The notes beneath the pieces are model-generated. The model did no database searches. It had not been told where the DNA came from and saw nothing but the letters and a program-made list of their open reading frames with translations. A stretch of DNA of 63,981 bases, counting the filler, from Phoronis australis (Eukaryota; Animalia; Phoronida): the NCBI GenBank assembly GCA_002633005.1. It is 8 parts of 8 records of this genome, joined end to end, with 100 filler letters (N's around TTAATTAATTAA, not from the genome) between each part and the next. Parts side by side here need not be neighbours in the genome. Positions count along the whole stretch, not along the records: positions 25,378 to 40,524 come from NMRA01000332.1; positions 40,625 to 45,944 come from NMRA01001150.1; positions 46,045 to 53,092 come from NMRA01000676.1; 5 more parts are not named here. One strand, given 5' to 3'. A program made the translations under genes and the position numbers. Of the stretch, positions 39,253 to 51,971 are shown in pieces (position 1 is the stretch's first letter; each line of letters begins with the position of its first letter).

Positions 39253-39559
39253 CAATGTCATAGCCGAGAACAAGAAAATTGGTGCCAATCAAGTCAACGT
39301 AAGCAGCAGGCTTGGAGAGATATTGATCAAGAACGGCCAGAAACAAAATTTCATCAGTGAAAAATTCCTAAGAAAAACGGCGAGGGACCCAGTGGCAGAT
39401 CTAGGANCAATGTCATAGCCGAGAACAAGAAAATTGGTGCCAATCAAGTCAACGTAAGCAGCAGGCTTGGAGAGATATTGATCCAGAACGGCCAGAAACA
39501 AAATTTCATCAGTGAAAAATTCCTAAGAAAAACGGCGAGGGACCCAGTGGCAGATCTAG
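39253..39559 (+). repeat. About 150-bp direct duplication across a single N (probable contig overlap)
   Basis: caatgtcatagccgagaac...gcagatctagga occurs on both sides of the N at 39407. Confidence 0.9.
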
Positions 39560-39707
39560 GATATCAGGAGGAGATATTTTTCATTTTGTATTGTCTGTGT
39601 CCAACACAAGTATACACATTAAAGTACTTGTTCACCATTAACCGCAACATAGTAAATGCACACGTTTATTTCCGTGTCATTGTACTTTTTTGCGGCCAAG
39701 GGTGGGC

Positions 39708-39855
39708 ACAGGGGCGATTCCAGGATTTTGAGTTAGGGGGGCCAGGGCAGAGTACTAGCCAGAATTTTGCTCGTCACACATTCGCACCCCCGAATTACCA
39801 AATGGAATCTGGGAGAATTTTAGTGGGCCCATGGCCCCCTCTAAATCCGCCAATG
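39708..39855 (+). mobile_element. hAT-like MITE; second copy at about 63358-63517
   Basis: Ends caggggcgattcc and aaatccgccaatg; shared internal attttgagttag...gggccagggcagagta...acattcgcacc...ccaaatgg.atctg. Confidence 0.75.
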
Positions 39856-41997
39856 GGGCAGGACCCCTGCCCGGAAACCTTATATCGGGGACCAATTGGA
39901 ACTCCGCCAGAATAATAATCACTAGATGCCTTTTTAGACATACGCGTAGCGCTTGCGACGATGACGCTCTGCTCGAATCGTCATATTCTGAGAAAATACG
40001 AAGGGCACCCTTCAGTACGTACTGGTCTACGTATAGGCGGATCCAGAGGTTCAAGGGCCGGACCTCCTTTTCCCTTGATTTTAGTGATATGAAATCTATA
40101 ATTTTCAAATTATTGACCCAGGTCCTCCTTCTAAAAATCCTTGATCCGACCCTCCCTTTAAAAATTCTTGGTCCCCCCTATTACGTTTGATCTTGTGTCG
40201 TCCTAGAACTGAAAATTGAAAATATTCAATAGTATTAAACCTGGATCTGACCAAGTCTAAAGTTAAACCTGGTTTAAGATCTTAATACAGGTCTAAGTAT
40301 GTACCTCGTTGGTTATATGAAAACTGACTTAGACCAGGGCCCGGTCTCTAATCTTTGTACACGAAATGAACTCGAAACTATTTTTTGGCAATTTCTCTGC
40401 TCCTTTTGTGCGAACTTAAGATAATTGGTTATCAGACTGTGCTCGAATACATTATAGTTTATGCATAGGAATTTCTAGTTCAAGTTTGCCCTTGAAGACC
40501 CTTATATTCGTGCTACAAACTCGANNNNNNNNNNNNNNNNNNNNNNNNNNNNNNNNNNNNNNNNNNNNTTAATTAATTAANNNNNNNNNNNNNNNNNNNN
40601 NNNNNNNNNNNNNNNNNNNNNNNNCGTTCATTAGTTTTCTTTCACTCACTTAAGCGGCTGGCAACGGGCAAGGTCAGTGTCGGAATTGTCTCTCTTGCAT
40701 ATAGAACGTCCGTCGTTGGCTCTACGATACATGTATAAGTTTCACGACGAGGTGACTAACAGTACTCATACCAGGCCTGTATGAAGTTTCGTTGTCTAAC
40801 TGAGCTCATTTCACAGTGTCACGTAGGCCAAGCTGTATTTTGGCGATAGTCTTTGAACAGCTAACTGGCTTGCTACAATTAACATCTACAGTGTGCACTT
40901 CGACGTTTCGTGTTACAGTTCCGACCCAAATCGGTATATTCTGATTTGGGTCGTTCCGTAGGCCTAACAGAATTCAGATACTGTCGACCCATATCGGAAT
41001 ATAGTTTTGATTGAATTCAAAACGTCCAATTGATTACAAATCCTTATATTCGGCATGTTTTCATGCAATCTAGACTTTATTTCATAGCTTTTGATTACAG
41101 ATACTCAGAACGTGTGTAAAATTTTCCATTTATTTGAGGTTGACCGAGTCAAAATCGCGGCGACCACTGGTTGCAGGATTTCATGACGAATTATTTTGAA
41201 AATTAATGAATTTGATTATAATTGCTGTGTACAAAAAGATCAGGCTAATGTGCTGTAACGTTTCCACGTATTTTGCACCAAATTAAACGGTCTTTTGTCT
41301 CCGATTCCAATATAGAAGACACCCGTATCTGAATCACTCAGCGTTCACGCCTTCGGCCTCAAGAAGACATGAATGCAAATTTCCCGACATCAAATTTTTT
41401 TAATCTTGCAAATGACAGTTGATAATAAACATTGCGAATTTCCCTGATAATAATTCGGAAGAAGACTTTTTCCGGCTGTTTCGACGGCTCCAGTCACACT
41501 CCCGGAGATTTCCATGTTGGCCCGTGTTGGAATGTTTGCTAAATAATTAAATAAAAAAGTATAAAAGTAATGGTTTTGATGAATTTTACTATAAATTGAC
41601 ATGAAATGAACAACTAATGTGTTTCATTGATCTTTACCGTATTTTGCACTAAATTAAACGGCCAGTCATCGCCGATTCAATACGATGGAGACACGGTGAA
41701 AGTCAATTCGTCTTAGACTTCGATTAGTAAAAGAGCCATCTCATTTTTTGGCGCTAAAATGAGTTTGTAATGTGGCTATTGTATTGTCAAATGCCTACTT
41801 AATTAACGTTTGGGGGTAAGCTATGACAGTGGCGTATCTAGGATATCACAAGGGGCCCAACATTTTGTCCGAAAACATTTGTGCAAAGCACGATTAGATG
41901 CGCATAGCACCTAATGGGGGGCGGTCGGGAGGGGAGTTTGCCTTTATTCCTGAAGTATAATCCAAGTAAAAAAGGCAACGTGTCAAACATGAAAAAC

Positions 41998-42077
41998 TGC
42001 TCATCCCACAGATTCGAACTCACGACCTGGCGGAGAGAACGCGCGTACTTTACCACTGCACCACCACTACTTCACTC
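41998..42077 (-). mobile_element. tRNA-derived SINE head
   Basis: Minus strand has A-box tggtgcagtgg and B-box gttcgaatc; stems degenerate. Confidence 0.6.
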
Positions 42078-45000
42078 CTAATTTGATAATAAGATACCTA
42101 CTTGTTTATGGTTCACAGCGTTTGCACGCGAAACCCACTTCTTTTTGTATTGTTTATTACATTTTTTATATTTTGTGCAATCAGTTCGTAACATATTTGT
42201 TGTATTTAAAATAGTCTTCAATTGCCCAAAACAACAAATCCGTTTTTTGTGTTGGCATTAATGACGCGATTGCTATGGAAATCGTCTTAAATTAAGATTT
42301 GACAACGAGAGAATTGTTGTTTATGAGTGATTCACTAAGGCTTCGATTAAAATTGACATCTTATCAGCAGCTTCTGTTTTTTCATCGTCACTCAGATTCC
42401 ATTTTAAAAACGTGTAGTTTTCTTGATCGCACAGTGAAGCAGACGACGGAAACAGTCGTAGAGCGCAGCGCCACTGCCGGTCTCCTGGGATATCGCGGGA
42501 GAGTCTTTACTTAGCAATAGTTTCGTTACAATTGAGCCGTGTTCCGAATTTGACACTTGAAATTGGATCTGAGCCACCATTCCCAAACACACTAAAACTG
42601 CACACATTTAAATCTTGTTTCCGCCGCATAATTTTAATTACCGGGGTTAATTAATAAACTCAACATTTCCTTATGCTCTTGCTGTCTTGTCTTTTGCGGC
42701 AGCCAAGGAAGGGTGGGGGGCGAACACCTGGGCCACACCACCAAATCCGCTAATGTATTACACCGTATGTTGATGTTTTTCGTCAATACACGTATCTTAT
42801 ATTTAAAATATGATCATTTTAGCACCATATTAGGCCTTTAAAAGTATTTTCAAAGAGTATTTTCCAGAAGACCTACAAAACGTGGTCCACCACCCATTGT
42901 AAAAGCGGACAAATCGGAAACTCCTCGCCCTTGGACCCTTAGAAAGGTATGACCAAAACACAATCCTCCCACCACCCAGTTGCCGTCAATCTTTCTCTTT
43001 GTCTCCAGTCCCCTGTTGCGGGTCAAACCCACCAAAAATATGGACAGGCCTACCTTTATTTCAACAAAATTGCACAAGAAAAATAACACTTTTTAGACCT
43101 AATTTCATAATGTGTAAATTGAATGAATTATTACCAAACATATATGCCAAAATTAGATTTAGACGGAGCCAAAGAAACTCAATACACTCCTACAGGGCGC
43201 TGCAAAATCCAAAGAAATACGTGCGGTAATATCACGATCACCTTGGAACGGAGTAAGAAGAACTTCATCTCGGAAACTGCTCGATTACTGCTTCGTCTAT
43301 TTCGAAGAGTAGAGATGAGTCCCAACGTCAGGGTTCGTTTTATTGTGGCCAAGTTTGGAAACAGGCAACTTTTTAGCTTGGTTCATGCTTTGAAAAATAA
43401 GTTTACTGTAACAGGGCCTAGGATACACTGCCTTAGGAGTGAGGTTTCTCAAAATTCCTTCCGCAACAACGCTATTCGAGTTATTGGTGGATGGTACAAG
43501 GACATACATGTACGAGAGATGACCTAATTTCGTGACTAAAATACGTCATGACTTACGGAAACACCAATTTTATGAAGAGTTATTTCAGAAAGGGTGTACT
43601 TGATGTTTGCTGTCACTGATATTTACACAGTTCGCCTGTTGAATGTACTCATGCGTTCATTAGTTGCGACACTTTCTCAAATTGTGCTGTATGGACGATG
43701 ATGCCTTCCTCGCTTGTTGAAGCCCTCTAGCAAGATGTTTTAGAATTGTTTCGTATTAATGTGCATTCCTGTTAATTCTAGCCTGATACAGTTTAGGAGT
43801 TTTATTTTTTAAGCAAAAGGGGCAGAAGTCTATGAGTACGATTACCAGTTAGACACGGCGTACACGGTCATCAAACGTCCCCACAGATCTAATAGACCCT
43901 TTAAACATATAGATTGCAAACGGTCTATCAACCAATCGCTCAATGTTAAGCAAACAAACCTTGGAAATTGTTCTGCAGATACATGTACATGTGTGGATGC
44001 AACGGCTGAAGTTCTTGGGACCGAAGGAATGTTCCATGGATATTACTTATTTACTCAACAAACATGTCCCAGACCTTGCTTTCTTGTCTGTCAACTATTG
44101 ATCAATATTAACCTCACTCATTCCTAATACACCAGCTTCACTTTGTGTATTAATTGTATTGATAAAACGTTTTTTTCACTTTATACATTTTCTTTTCGCC
44201 GATCAATAGACGTCTCCGCTAACGTGCACTATTTACCTAAAAGTCTCTCTCTCCATCTGATTTTGCAACAGAGTGAAAACATTTTGCAAAAGAATTTCAT
44301 CTGTTCAGTTACCTTAGAAGTACACATTGATAATAGCTATTCAGATCCGCATGAATTGCATTTCTTCATTCAAAGGCGGGTCTCAATGCTCTTTAGTACA
44401 CCGTCCGACTTCCGTCAAACTTCGTCAAAAGCAAAGTTCTTGCCCTTCCCAGAAATATTTTCAAGTTGAAACTCATTAAATATGTACAAAGAGGTTACCT
44501 TTTGATAACCCTCGTCAATCCATGTTTAAACGTCTTTGGAAAGCAACTGTGCACTCTGCATATTTCCCCACAAATCAGATAACCTAATTTATAAGAGTCT
44601 CCTATATTTTATTTAAGAGAATACAAAAGTCTAAAAATATATAGTTAGAGTAAATAAGGACTATAAAAGTCAAACTGTCAAAACTATTGACAACACAAAT
44701 GTAACATATCTAGTAGCAAAGTGTTAGGTTTTTCTCAAAACGATGACAATTTAGACTGTGGTGCACTTCCGAAATAAAAATGACCTAAAAAAACTATTGA
44801 AAGCTCAGTTAAATTTGAAAATAATTTATCTTGTGTAAGATTAGAATTATTTGGGCTTAAATTTTAGCTGAATTATCACGTGTTAAAGCCAACATTGCGA
44901 AATGAAGCGGAAGTGTTTCTTTAACTCAAAAGAAGAGGTAAATTTTCTTCAGATTATAACACAGCAACCACTTAATAGAAGAATGGCGTTTCATGGCAGG

Positions 45001-45429
45001 GAACATTTTTGTAAATGCTAACACACCAACCACTACAAAAACATACAAATAAGATATACAAGATAAACAGGTATGTACACTGAAATCTAAAGCAACATTA
45101 TCAACCACACAAAATTTGCATCCCCGGCATTGGAATAAAAAGCGGTATTCCGTCATTGATAATAAGGCAGTTCATACAAAACATTTCCGTGTTGTGATCA
45201 AGAATTAAAAGTGCAAGGGCAGAGAGACAGCTTAATCAATGATCATCGATCGAATATTTCTTTCATCCAAATTTTATGTGTTTCAGCGTCAGGAATTTAA
45301 AGCAAGAGACATGTCATTATGTTTTTCTAATTAAAAGTATTGGTCTTATCTCACATTGATCGACCAGCCTATTGAAAAATTCGACCTATAGTTTAGGTAA
45401 ACACCTGATCGATGGCGTTTGTTTTCCGA

Positions 45430-45735
45430 CATGTTTTGACACGTGTTGACACAGTTGTAAGACCAATGGGATGTTTATAGTAAATATTGCTTTTAATGGG
45501 TGGGCGTGGAAGCTTTTGTGACGTGTATAAACAGTTGTAAGATTCATGCTACGTTTATACATGTAGTTAATATTTAATATATCAGATGGGGGAGGACGCT
45601 TTTGTGACGTGTATAAACAGTTGTAAGATTCATGCTAGTTTATACATGTAGTTAATATTTAATATATCAGATTGGCGAGGAAGGTTTTGTGACGTCTTCA
45701 CACGATAGTAAAGGTTCATGGAAACGTTTTATAAA
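45430..45735. repeat. Minisatellite, about 85-bp unit, 3-4 diverging copies
   Basis: ttttgtgacgtgtataaacagttgtaagattcatgcta at 45514 and 45600, degenerate copies near 45434 and 45685. Confidence 0.85.
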
Positions 45736-45830
45736 GACATTTAAATAAATTGAACAGCTTATTATCTAAAATGACTTATTCTTATTAAAATGACATAGGC
45801 AGAAAATTGAATTTTGGACCTAAAAAGCGA

Positions 45831-45936
45831 GGCCCTCTATATTAATAAAGGAGGGCCCGCCGAAAGGCGGCCGAAGAGCGGGGCTCCTATATTAATATAG
45901 GGGGCCCCGCCGAAAGGCGGCCGAAGAGCGGGGCCA
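45831..45936. repeat. Tandem palindromic GC/AT unit, about 52 bp x2, next to a gap
   Basis: ctatattaata and cccgccgaaaggcggccgaagagcgggg each occur twice. Confidence 0.85.
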
Positions 45937-46797
45937 CCTTTATTNNNNNNNNNNNNNNNNNNNNNNNNNNNNNNNNNNNNNNNNNNNNTTAATTAATTAA
46001 NNNNNNNNNNNNNNNNNNNNNNNNNNNNNNNNNNNNNNNNNNNNGATCATCTGATATTCAAGTTTTTACGCCCCGTCGGTGCTCCTTAATTATGCTCTTG
46101 AATATTTGGAAATTGTCTAAACCCCTGTATACACACCACACTTTTTCTTATACGACTTTTCGTATGCTAAAAAAGGTGTGTGTAAGCAGATGTTCCAACA
46201 AAAGTTTTTGCTGGTGGCGTGACTCATACCCAGATGTGCACAATATGGTTTCACGAAACTTATGAGCCAAGTTCATGTGACGAAATCGAGAAGGGTTTTT
46301 AATTATCTTAAGAAAAACTCCAGAAACATGTTAAGTGCCAGAAACTTACCAGGATGCATGGAAATTTCACTATTTGGCTACAAAAACAAAAAAATATCTT
46401 ACACGGGAGGGGAAACCCCCCTGCCGACCTCCCCCGCTCGGCGCCACGCGCCTAGGATTCGACCTTGGCGGGAATCTTAAACCCCCCTTACTGAAAACGT
46501 AGATCCGCCACTGCCACTAGGGGGTAAGTTAGGTAAATACATCGCCCTGAACGCTGAAGAAGTTACGTGAAATTAACGAACAATACGTCCAAGGGACACG
46601 GATCTTACAAATTCCACCTGATATCTCCTATGCTATTTTTGCAAGTGTCACGCGCCGGGTCACGCGCTTCACTCAGTCTCGCGCTTCACTCAGTCTCGCG
46701 CTTGTCCCTCGCTGGTTCCCTGCGTGCCGCTAGGTGGGGCTGTAGCCCCACGAGCACGCAGGCAAAGACACGAAAATCTTTGACGCTGGTATCACTT

Positions 46798-46868
46798 CTC
46801 GCTGGTTCCCTGCGTGCCGCTAGGTGGGGCGGTAGCCAGCTGGGCTAAGCACGCAGGGAACCAGCGAG
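46798..46868. mobile_element. 71-bp MITE with perfect 20-bp TIRs and 9-bp TSD (Mutator-like signature)
   Basis: ctcgctggttccctgcgtgc / gcacgcagggaaccagcgag; gtatcactt at 46789-46797 and 46869-46877; partial copies near 8231 and 46708. Confidence 0.88.
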
Positions 46869-46967
46869 GTATCACTTAATTTTCCTCGGGAAATTTTTTA
46901 CATCGGCGTTTCTGACTGGCTGGTCGAATTCTCAACAGGCAGCGCTTTACGCAAACAAACTGGCACC

Positions 46968-47228
46968 ATTGACCTATCGCAAGCTCCGCCCCTATGCGAA
47001 AAGTCACGTGATACCCGACATTCGAACGAGATATCAGAGGCAAATACACTGTCGCTAAACGACGTTCCTGGTGGAATCGATGAGTGTTTTTTGCACTATT
47101 TGAAAACGCTTCGACAGAGACAAGAGGCAATGCTTTTCAACAGAGAATCGTACGTTCATGATATGGGAGTTTGTAAAGGTGACGATGAAAAAATGGCTCG
47201 AGGAGCCCGCGAAAATCCGAAGAACTCC
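46968..47228 (+). repeat. Dispersed repeat, diverged copy of 353-615
   Basis: Same colinear blocks as 353-615. Confidence 0.85.
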
Positions 47229-48259
47229 TCTGCCTCGGGGCCACCTTCAACTTTTCGGTTTTTGTAGCCAAACAGTGAAATTTCCATGCATCCTGGTACG
47301 TTTCTGGCACTTAACATGTCCCATGGAGTTTTTCTTACGATAATTAAAAACCCTTCTCGATTTCGTCACATGAACTTTATAAGTTTCGTGAAACCATGTT
47401 TGTGCACATCTGGGTATGAGTCTCGCCACCAGCAAAAATTTTTGTTGGAACATCTGCTTACACACACCTTTTTAGCATACGAAAAAGTGTGGGGTGTATA
47501 CAGGGGTTTAGACAACTACCAAACATTGAAGAGCATAAGGAGCACCCACGGGGAGTAAAAACTTGAATATCAGATGATCTCAACAGCCTCAAGCTGTTTA
47601 AGAATGAAGACCTGTACTGTTAGTCCGGAAATAAACATGTGTCCTGTCTCGTTACGAGAAAAACTGGTGAACGATGGTGCTCTCAGCTCATAATCTATTA
47701 CTTAAAGCAACAATAAACAATAAAGTATCACTTTATTAAACTGAATCACGTTGACAACAATTGAAAAACGTCAAATGTATCAGGAAACAAATCATCTGAA
47801 AAGAGTTTCACGAAACCAAAACATCCTGTGCACAGTGGTGAAAAGATACTCTGGACTAGTTTGCAGAGGGACCAGATGTACATTTGTACACTGAGAGTAC
47901 ACAAAAAGCTGACCTGGTCCGTCACGAGACCAAGAGTACACCTGTGCTTATTATCCCTATAAAAATAATCGATCTGTCGCGGGACCAAACAGTACTGGCT
48001 GAGATAAATAGTTTTACAAAACACACTTTGGTAAAAAAATCACATGACTAGTTCGCCGAGGGACCACAAGTACACTGAAACTCAACATTTACACAAATCA
48101 AGCTGGCCTGGTCCGTCGCGAGATCTAAAGTGTACTGTGCAAAAAATTTTGAATTGAAAACTTCTATAAAATTTTAATCCCCAGTGGTTACTCATACGTT
48201 AGTCCTATCCTTCTGTTGTCTAGACAGCCGAGGAATTTGTATATCGGATCCAATGATTT

Positions 48260-48620
48260 GCTCGTCTTGGAACCATTCTACCCAGATATCTTCGATGTTT
48301 GTTCCCAACGCTTGCACTTCGTCAACTGCTGTGTCAATGAGCTTGTAAGCCTCTACAACGTCAGCATCTCGTTTTGCAGCTCAGTTGACACTAAGACCCT
48401 TGAGGTTGCCAAGTCCATTCAAAAGACTTACAGTGTACATGCGCAACTAAATTTGATCCGTTCATCATGGACTACTTCAAACCTTGACGAAGCATCCCAG
48501 GACCTATTTGCATCTCTTGCAATTTTCGAAAAAAACGTCCCAATGTCTGAACGCTTGAAACCCGAAGTACTAATATCAAATAAATGCCCATGGGCATGAG
48601 CGTTTCATCGGGTGAGCCTT
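48260..48620 (-). mobile_element. hAT transposase remnant (THAP12/ZMYM1-like type)
   Basis: Minus strand: NGLGNLKGLSV, a disrupted stretch (in-frame stop), then KRDADVVEAYKLIDTAVDEVQALGTNIEDIWVEWFQD, matching the hAT pattern LS.kLQ...Dv..Ay..v..v...l...R.nid..f..w. Confidence 0.7.
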
Positions 48621-48790
48621 TGTGCGAAAATTCCCAGTATAGAAGACGGCAGTGTGCTTATTGCAGGTAGACAGACGGTAGGTGTTGAGGTCGGAACTAG
48701 GGCTCCTTAGGAGGCCTATTGAACATCGCACGAGTCCCGCAAGACTTTGTTGTGAAAGAACAGCCTCCCCGCAATTTCTGGTACTGTACA

Positions 48791-49476
48791 NNNNNNNNNN
48801 NNNNNNNNNNNNNNNNNNNNNNNNNNNNNNNNNNNNNNNNNNNNNNNNNNNNNNNNNNNNNNNNNNNNNNNNNNNNNNNNNNNNNNNNNNNNNNNNNNNN
48901 NNNNNNNNNNNNNNNNNNNNNNNNNNNNNNNNNNNNNNNNNNNNNNNNNNNNNNNNNNNNNNNNNNNNNNNNNNNNNNNNNNNNNNNNNNNNNNNNNNNN
49001 NNNNNNNNNNNNNNNNNNNNNNNNNNNNNNNNNNNNNNNNNNNNNNNNNNNNNNNNNNNNNNNNNNNNNNNNNNNNNNNNNNNNNNNNNNNNNNNNNNNN
49101 NNNNNNNNNNNNNNNNNNNNNNNNNNNNNNNNNNNNNNNNNNNNNNNNNNNNNNNNNNNNNNNNNNNNNNNNNNNNNNNNNNNNNNNNNNNNNNNNNNNN
49201 NNNNNNNNNNNNNNNNNNNNNNNNNNNNNNNNNNNNNNNNNNNNNNNNNNNNNNNNNNNNNNNNNNNNNNNNNNNNNNNNNNNNNNNNNNNNNNNNNNNN
49301 NNNNNNNNNNNNNNNNNNNNNNNNNNNNNNNNNNNNNNNNNNNNNNNNNNNNNNNNNNNNNNNNNNNNNNNNNNNNNNNNNNNNNNNNNNNNNNNNNNNN
49401 NNNNNNNNNNNNNNNNNNNNNNNNNNNNNNNNNNNNNNNNNNNNNNNNNNNNNNNNNNNNNNNNNNNNNNNNNNNN
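48791..49476. other. Sized assembly gap
   Basis: Continuous N-run. Confidence 0.99.
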
Positions 49477-50219
49477 CCCCCCCTCAATTTTTTCCAAGTT
49501 GGTTTACTTGGGGTTTACACACGCTGGCGGTGTCGTTTTTGTTTTGCTGGATACGCTTTTGTTTTTTTTTTTTTAATTTTTGGGTCCTGGCCCGAGGGGG
49601 GGGGTTTAAACCCCCTGAAACCCCCCCGTAGATCCGTCACTGAGTGACTGATATTTTTGAGAGTTCGATTTGAAGCTGAATTGTTGGCCTAGGGGTCCAT
49701 TGTTCATTCATTCATTATGGTTTCGAGTTGCACTTGTAAACAGTAAAGCAGTTGCCAGGCTTATCTTTTCTGTCATGCTCTGCTCATTTCTTTTTGGTGT
49801 GAACTTCAGGTTCATTTTTAATGTTGTGGACCAGGCCAATGACTTGTTGCTGCTGTTTGGTTTGCAATTGATCTAAACTTAAACAAGTGTTGTATGATAT
49901 TAAAAGGGGTTTTATAAAGTATATTACTGTACATACTTCATTGATATTTAGACATATTGTTCAGTCTGCACACTCCATGCTGATGTTTAGTGTATACATT
50001 GTTTCAGTGATTATTAAGTAATCCTGTTGTTGATATAAGTTGATCTCAAATTTCACATTGTATTAAAATAATAAGAAATAAATTTCTTTCTGCCTGTTTC
50101 GTGTAACAGATGTGTCAATGGCTTGGCTTCAACTTATCTTGGCCACAAATTCAGTGGCAGTCAAGCTATGTACTTTATAAGGTTCTTCTGTTACAGTTAC
50201 GTTTCTTTTAAAAAAATGA

Positions 50220-50633
50220 AATCCGAGACCGACAAGAGATCTTTTATTTATGCTGCTGCTGCAATATGGAACTCTCTTAGCCCAGAAATTAAACGGCCCA
50301 ATTCAGTTACTACAAAATTAGTTTTGAAAAGTGGCTGTAATTTACTTACCCATTCTAACACCTTACCTTTCTTAATTATGTCATTTTTCATTATTGTGCA
50401 TGTTCGCACTATTTAGTATCATCTGTTTATTTCATCTCTCTTGGTCAAAGTTTCATCATCATCAACCTGTTTTAATTGCTGCTTTGTTACCTGTATCTAA
50501 TTACTGTTTTACTACTTTATCCTATTATATTTTACTGTATTACATTCTGTTGTTGAGGGCCCTCTTGAAAAGCAGTGCTTCACTTGAATAGGCTACCCTC
50601 ATTTCAAATATTACAATAAATAAATAAATAAAA
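50220..50633 (+). mobile_element. 3' end of a CR1/L2-group LINE (ORF2 tail, 3' UTR, (TAAA)n tail)
   Basis: KRSFIYAAAAIWNSLSPEIK fits the ORF2 terminal motif SF.y....lWNsLP; T-rich UTR; stem gaggg...ccctc; aataaataaataaataaa tail. Confidence 0.8.
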
Positions 50634-50937
50634 TTAATAGTTGGTGCTTGAGCTGGATTTACTGTATTGTTTTAATGTCGTGACCTTTGCATTTTAGCCT
50701 GAACAAAAGAATATTTTTTAATACTATTTATTCAGTTGTTAACTGACTGTAATTGGTATTTTGGTTATGACTGGCTGGCAAAAGCAAAAGAACCGTTAAG
50801 ATAGGTTTTATATCAGAAAATCAGAAAAAAAAACTATGTACTATCTTATATTGGAATATGAAATCAAGTACAGGGTCCAGGGGGTGAAAAATTATATTTC
50901 TGCCAAGACCTAAATACCAGGCTTAATGGTATGCCTA

Positions 50938-51131
50938 CGAACTTTAAAATCAGCGCATGTGTAAGCGAAATATTTATTGACGTTTCGATTTATTATCTCT
51001 TGTGTACCTGTTCAGTCTGTTCTACACCTGTGTCACCTGATTGGAATATTGTGATTTTTTTCTTGGGAGACAATAAACCGAAACGTCCATAAATATGCCG
51101 TCGTTTACATATGTACCGATTTTAAAGTTCG
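50938..51131. mobile_element. MITE with about 60-bp imperfect TIRs, flanked by TA (Tc1/mariner-like signature)
   Basis: TA|cgaactttaaaatc...gacgtttcgatttattatctc and gagacaataaaccgaaacgtc...gattttaaagttcg|TA. Confidence 0.75.
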
Positions 51132-51197
51132 TACTCATTTTTGGCCAAAAACAAATGGTTCAGTGCAATTCGGATCGCATCATGCTTAATATTGCTG

Positions 51198-51520
51198 AAA
51201 GATCAATGAAGGCACAGAGGGCAAATTGTTTATTAAAAACAGCCCTTTTTAGTCTAGCAACCAGATGATGTTGAGCAGTCTCCGTAGAGAAGCCAGGCCT
51301 ATAAGCATACTGATTGTTCTGAAGTTTGTTCTGTATTCCTTGTTTATGAAGATGCCACAGAATGAGCATTTCCAGTCCTTTGAGAAGAAAGGATGTTAAG
51401 GTTATAGGCCTAAATGATTCAGCCAAAAGGTATGAGTTCTTCCCTGGTTTAGGAATGAAGACTACCCTAGCTTCAGTCCAAGTCTTGGGGGTATAACCAA
51501 GTCTATTACTGGCTTTGTAC
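51198..51520 (-). mobile_element. Non-LTR retrotransposon RT N-terminal fragment, LOA/R1-like
   Basis: LGYTPKTWTEARVVFIPKPGKNSYLLAESFRPITLTSFLLKGLE...QYAYRPGFSTETAQHHLV...ALCAFIDL, truncated at the first catalytic Asp region. The GC-richer 51520-53092 may belong to the same element (unconfirmed). Confidence 0.88.
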
Positions 51521-51971
51521 GTAAGCCGCTTTCACAAGCTTGGTAATCTCACTTTCCACTCTCATAGAAGAGTCCAGTGATTTCCCAGAGCAAGCGTCCA
51601 CAGTAGGGGGTGCTCCCACTTGCCTTAGAAACTCCTAGGGAGGAGTCTTTGAGGCGGACGTCCGTGGCCGCAAAGACCACATTTGACTGCCCTGTGCGCT
51701 GGTCACTTGAACCCTGACCAGGGTGGGTTATTAGTTTTCGCTGTGGATCCACATAGCAAGTATAGGTTATGATTCAGGTCTGCATCCACATTCACCCTAT
51801 CCATAGGGTGGCAGCAAGGCCCAGCCAAAGGCTTTCTTGCATCCGCAAACCTATAGGGTCTGACACTGGTTTCAACAGCTCCCTCCCTTGGTTCCTGGCA
51901 AGCGAGCATATAACCCCCAGCGAAAGGGCTTCTGCTGCCAATGGACTACCCAGGTTCGGTATGTCTACCTC

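Larger units (their letters stand above)
46045..47579. repeat. Long diverged inverted repeat (46045-46387 / 47258-47579)
   Basis: gatcatctgatattcaagtttttac at 46045 is the reverse complement of gtaaaaacttgaatatcagatgatc ending at 47579; colinear for about 330 bp. Confidence 0.9.

Noticed and set aside
39253-39559. Tandem repeats at 39.3 kb and 52 kb as real duplications
   Set aside because: Each pair is split by a single N and nearly identical, as expected for unmerged contig overlaps.
43123-43527. 134-aa ORF as a gene
   Set aside because: No recognisable domain; only a faint LINE-tail-like NSFRNNAIRV segment.
48576-49647. Four long ORFs of 266-321 aa
   Set aside because: They consist mostly of X from the N-run.
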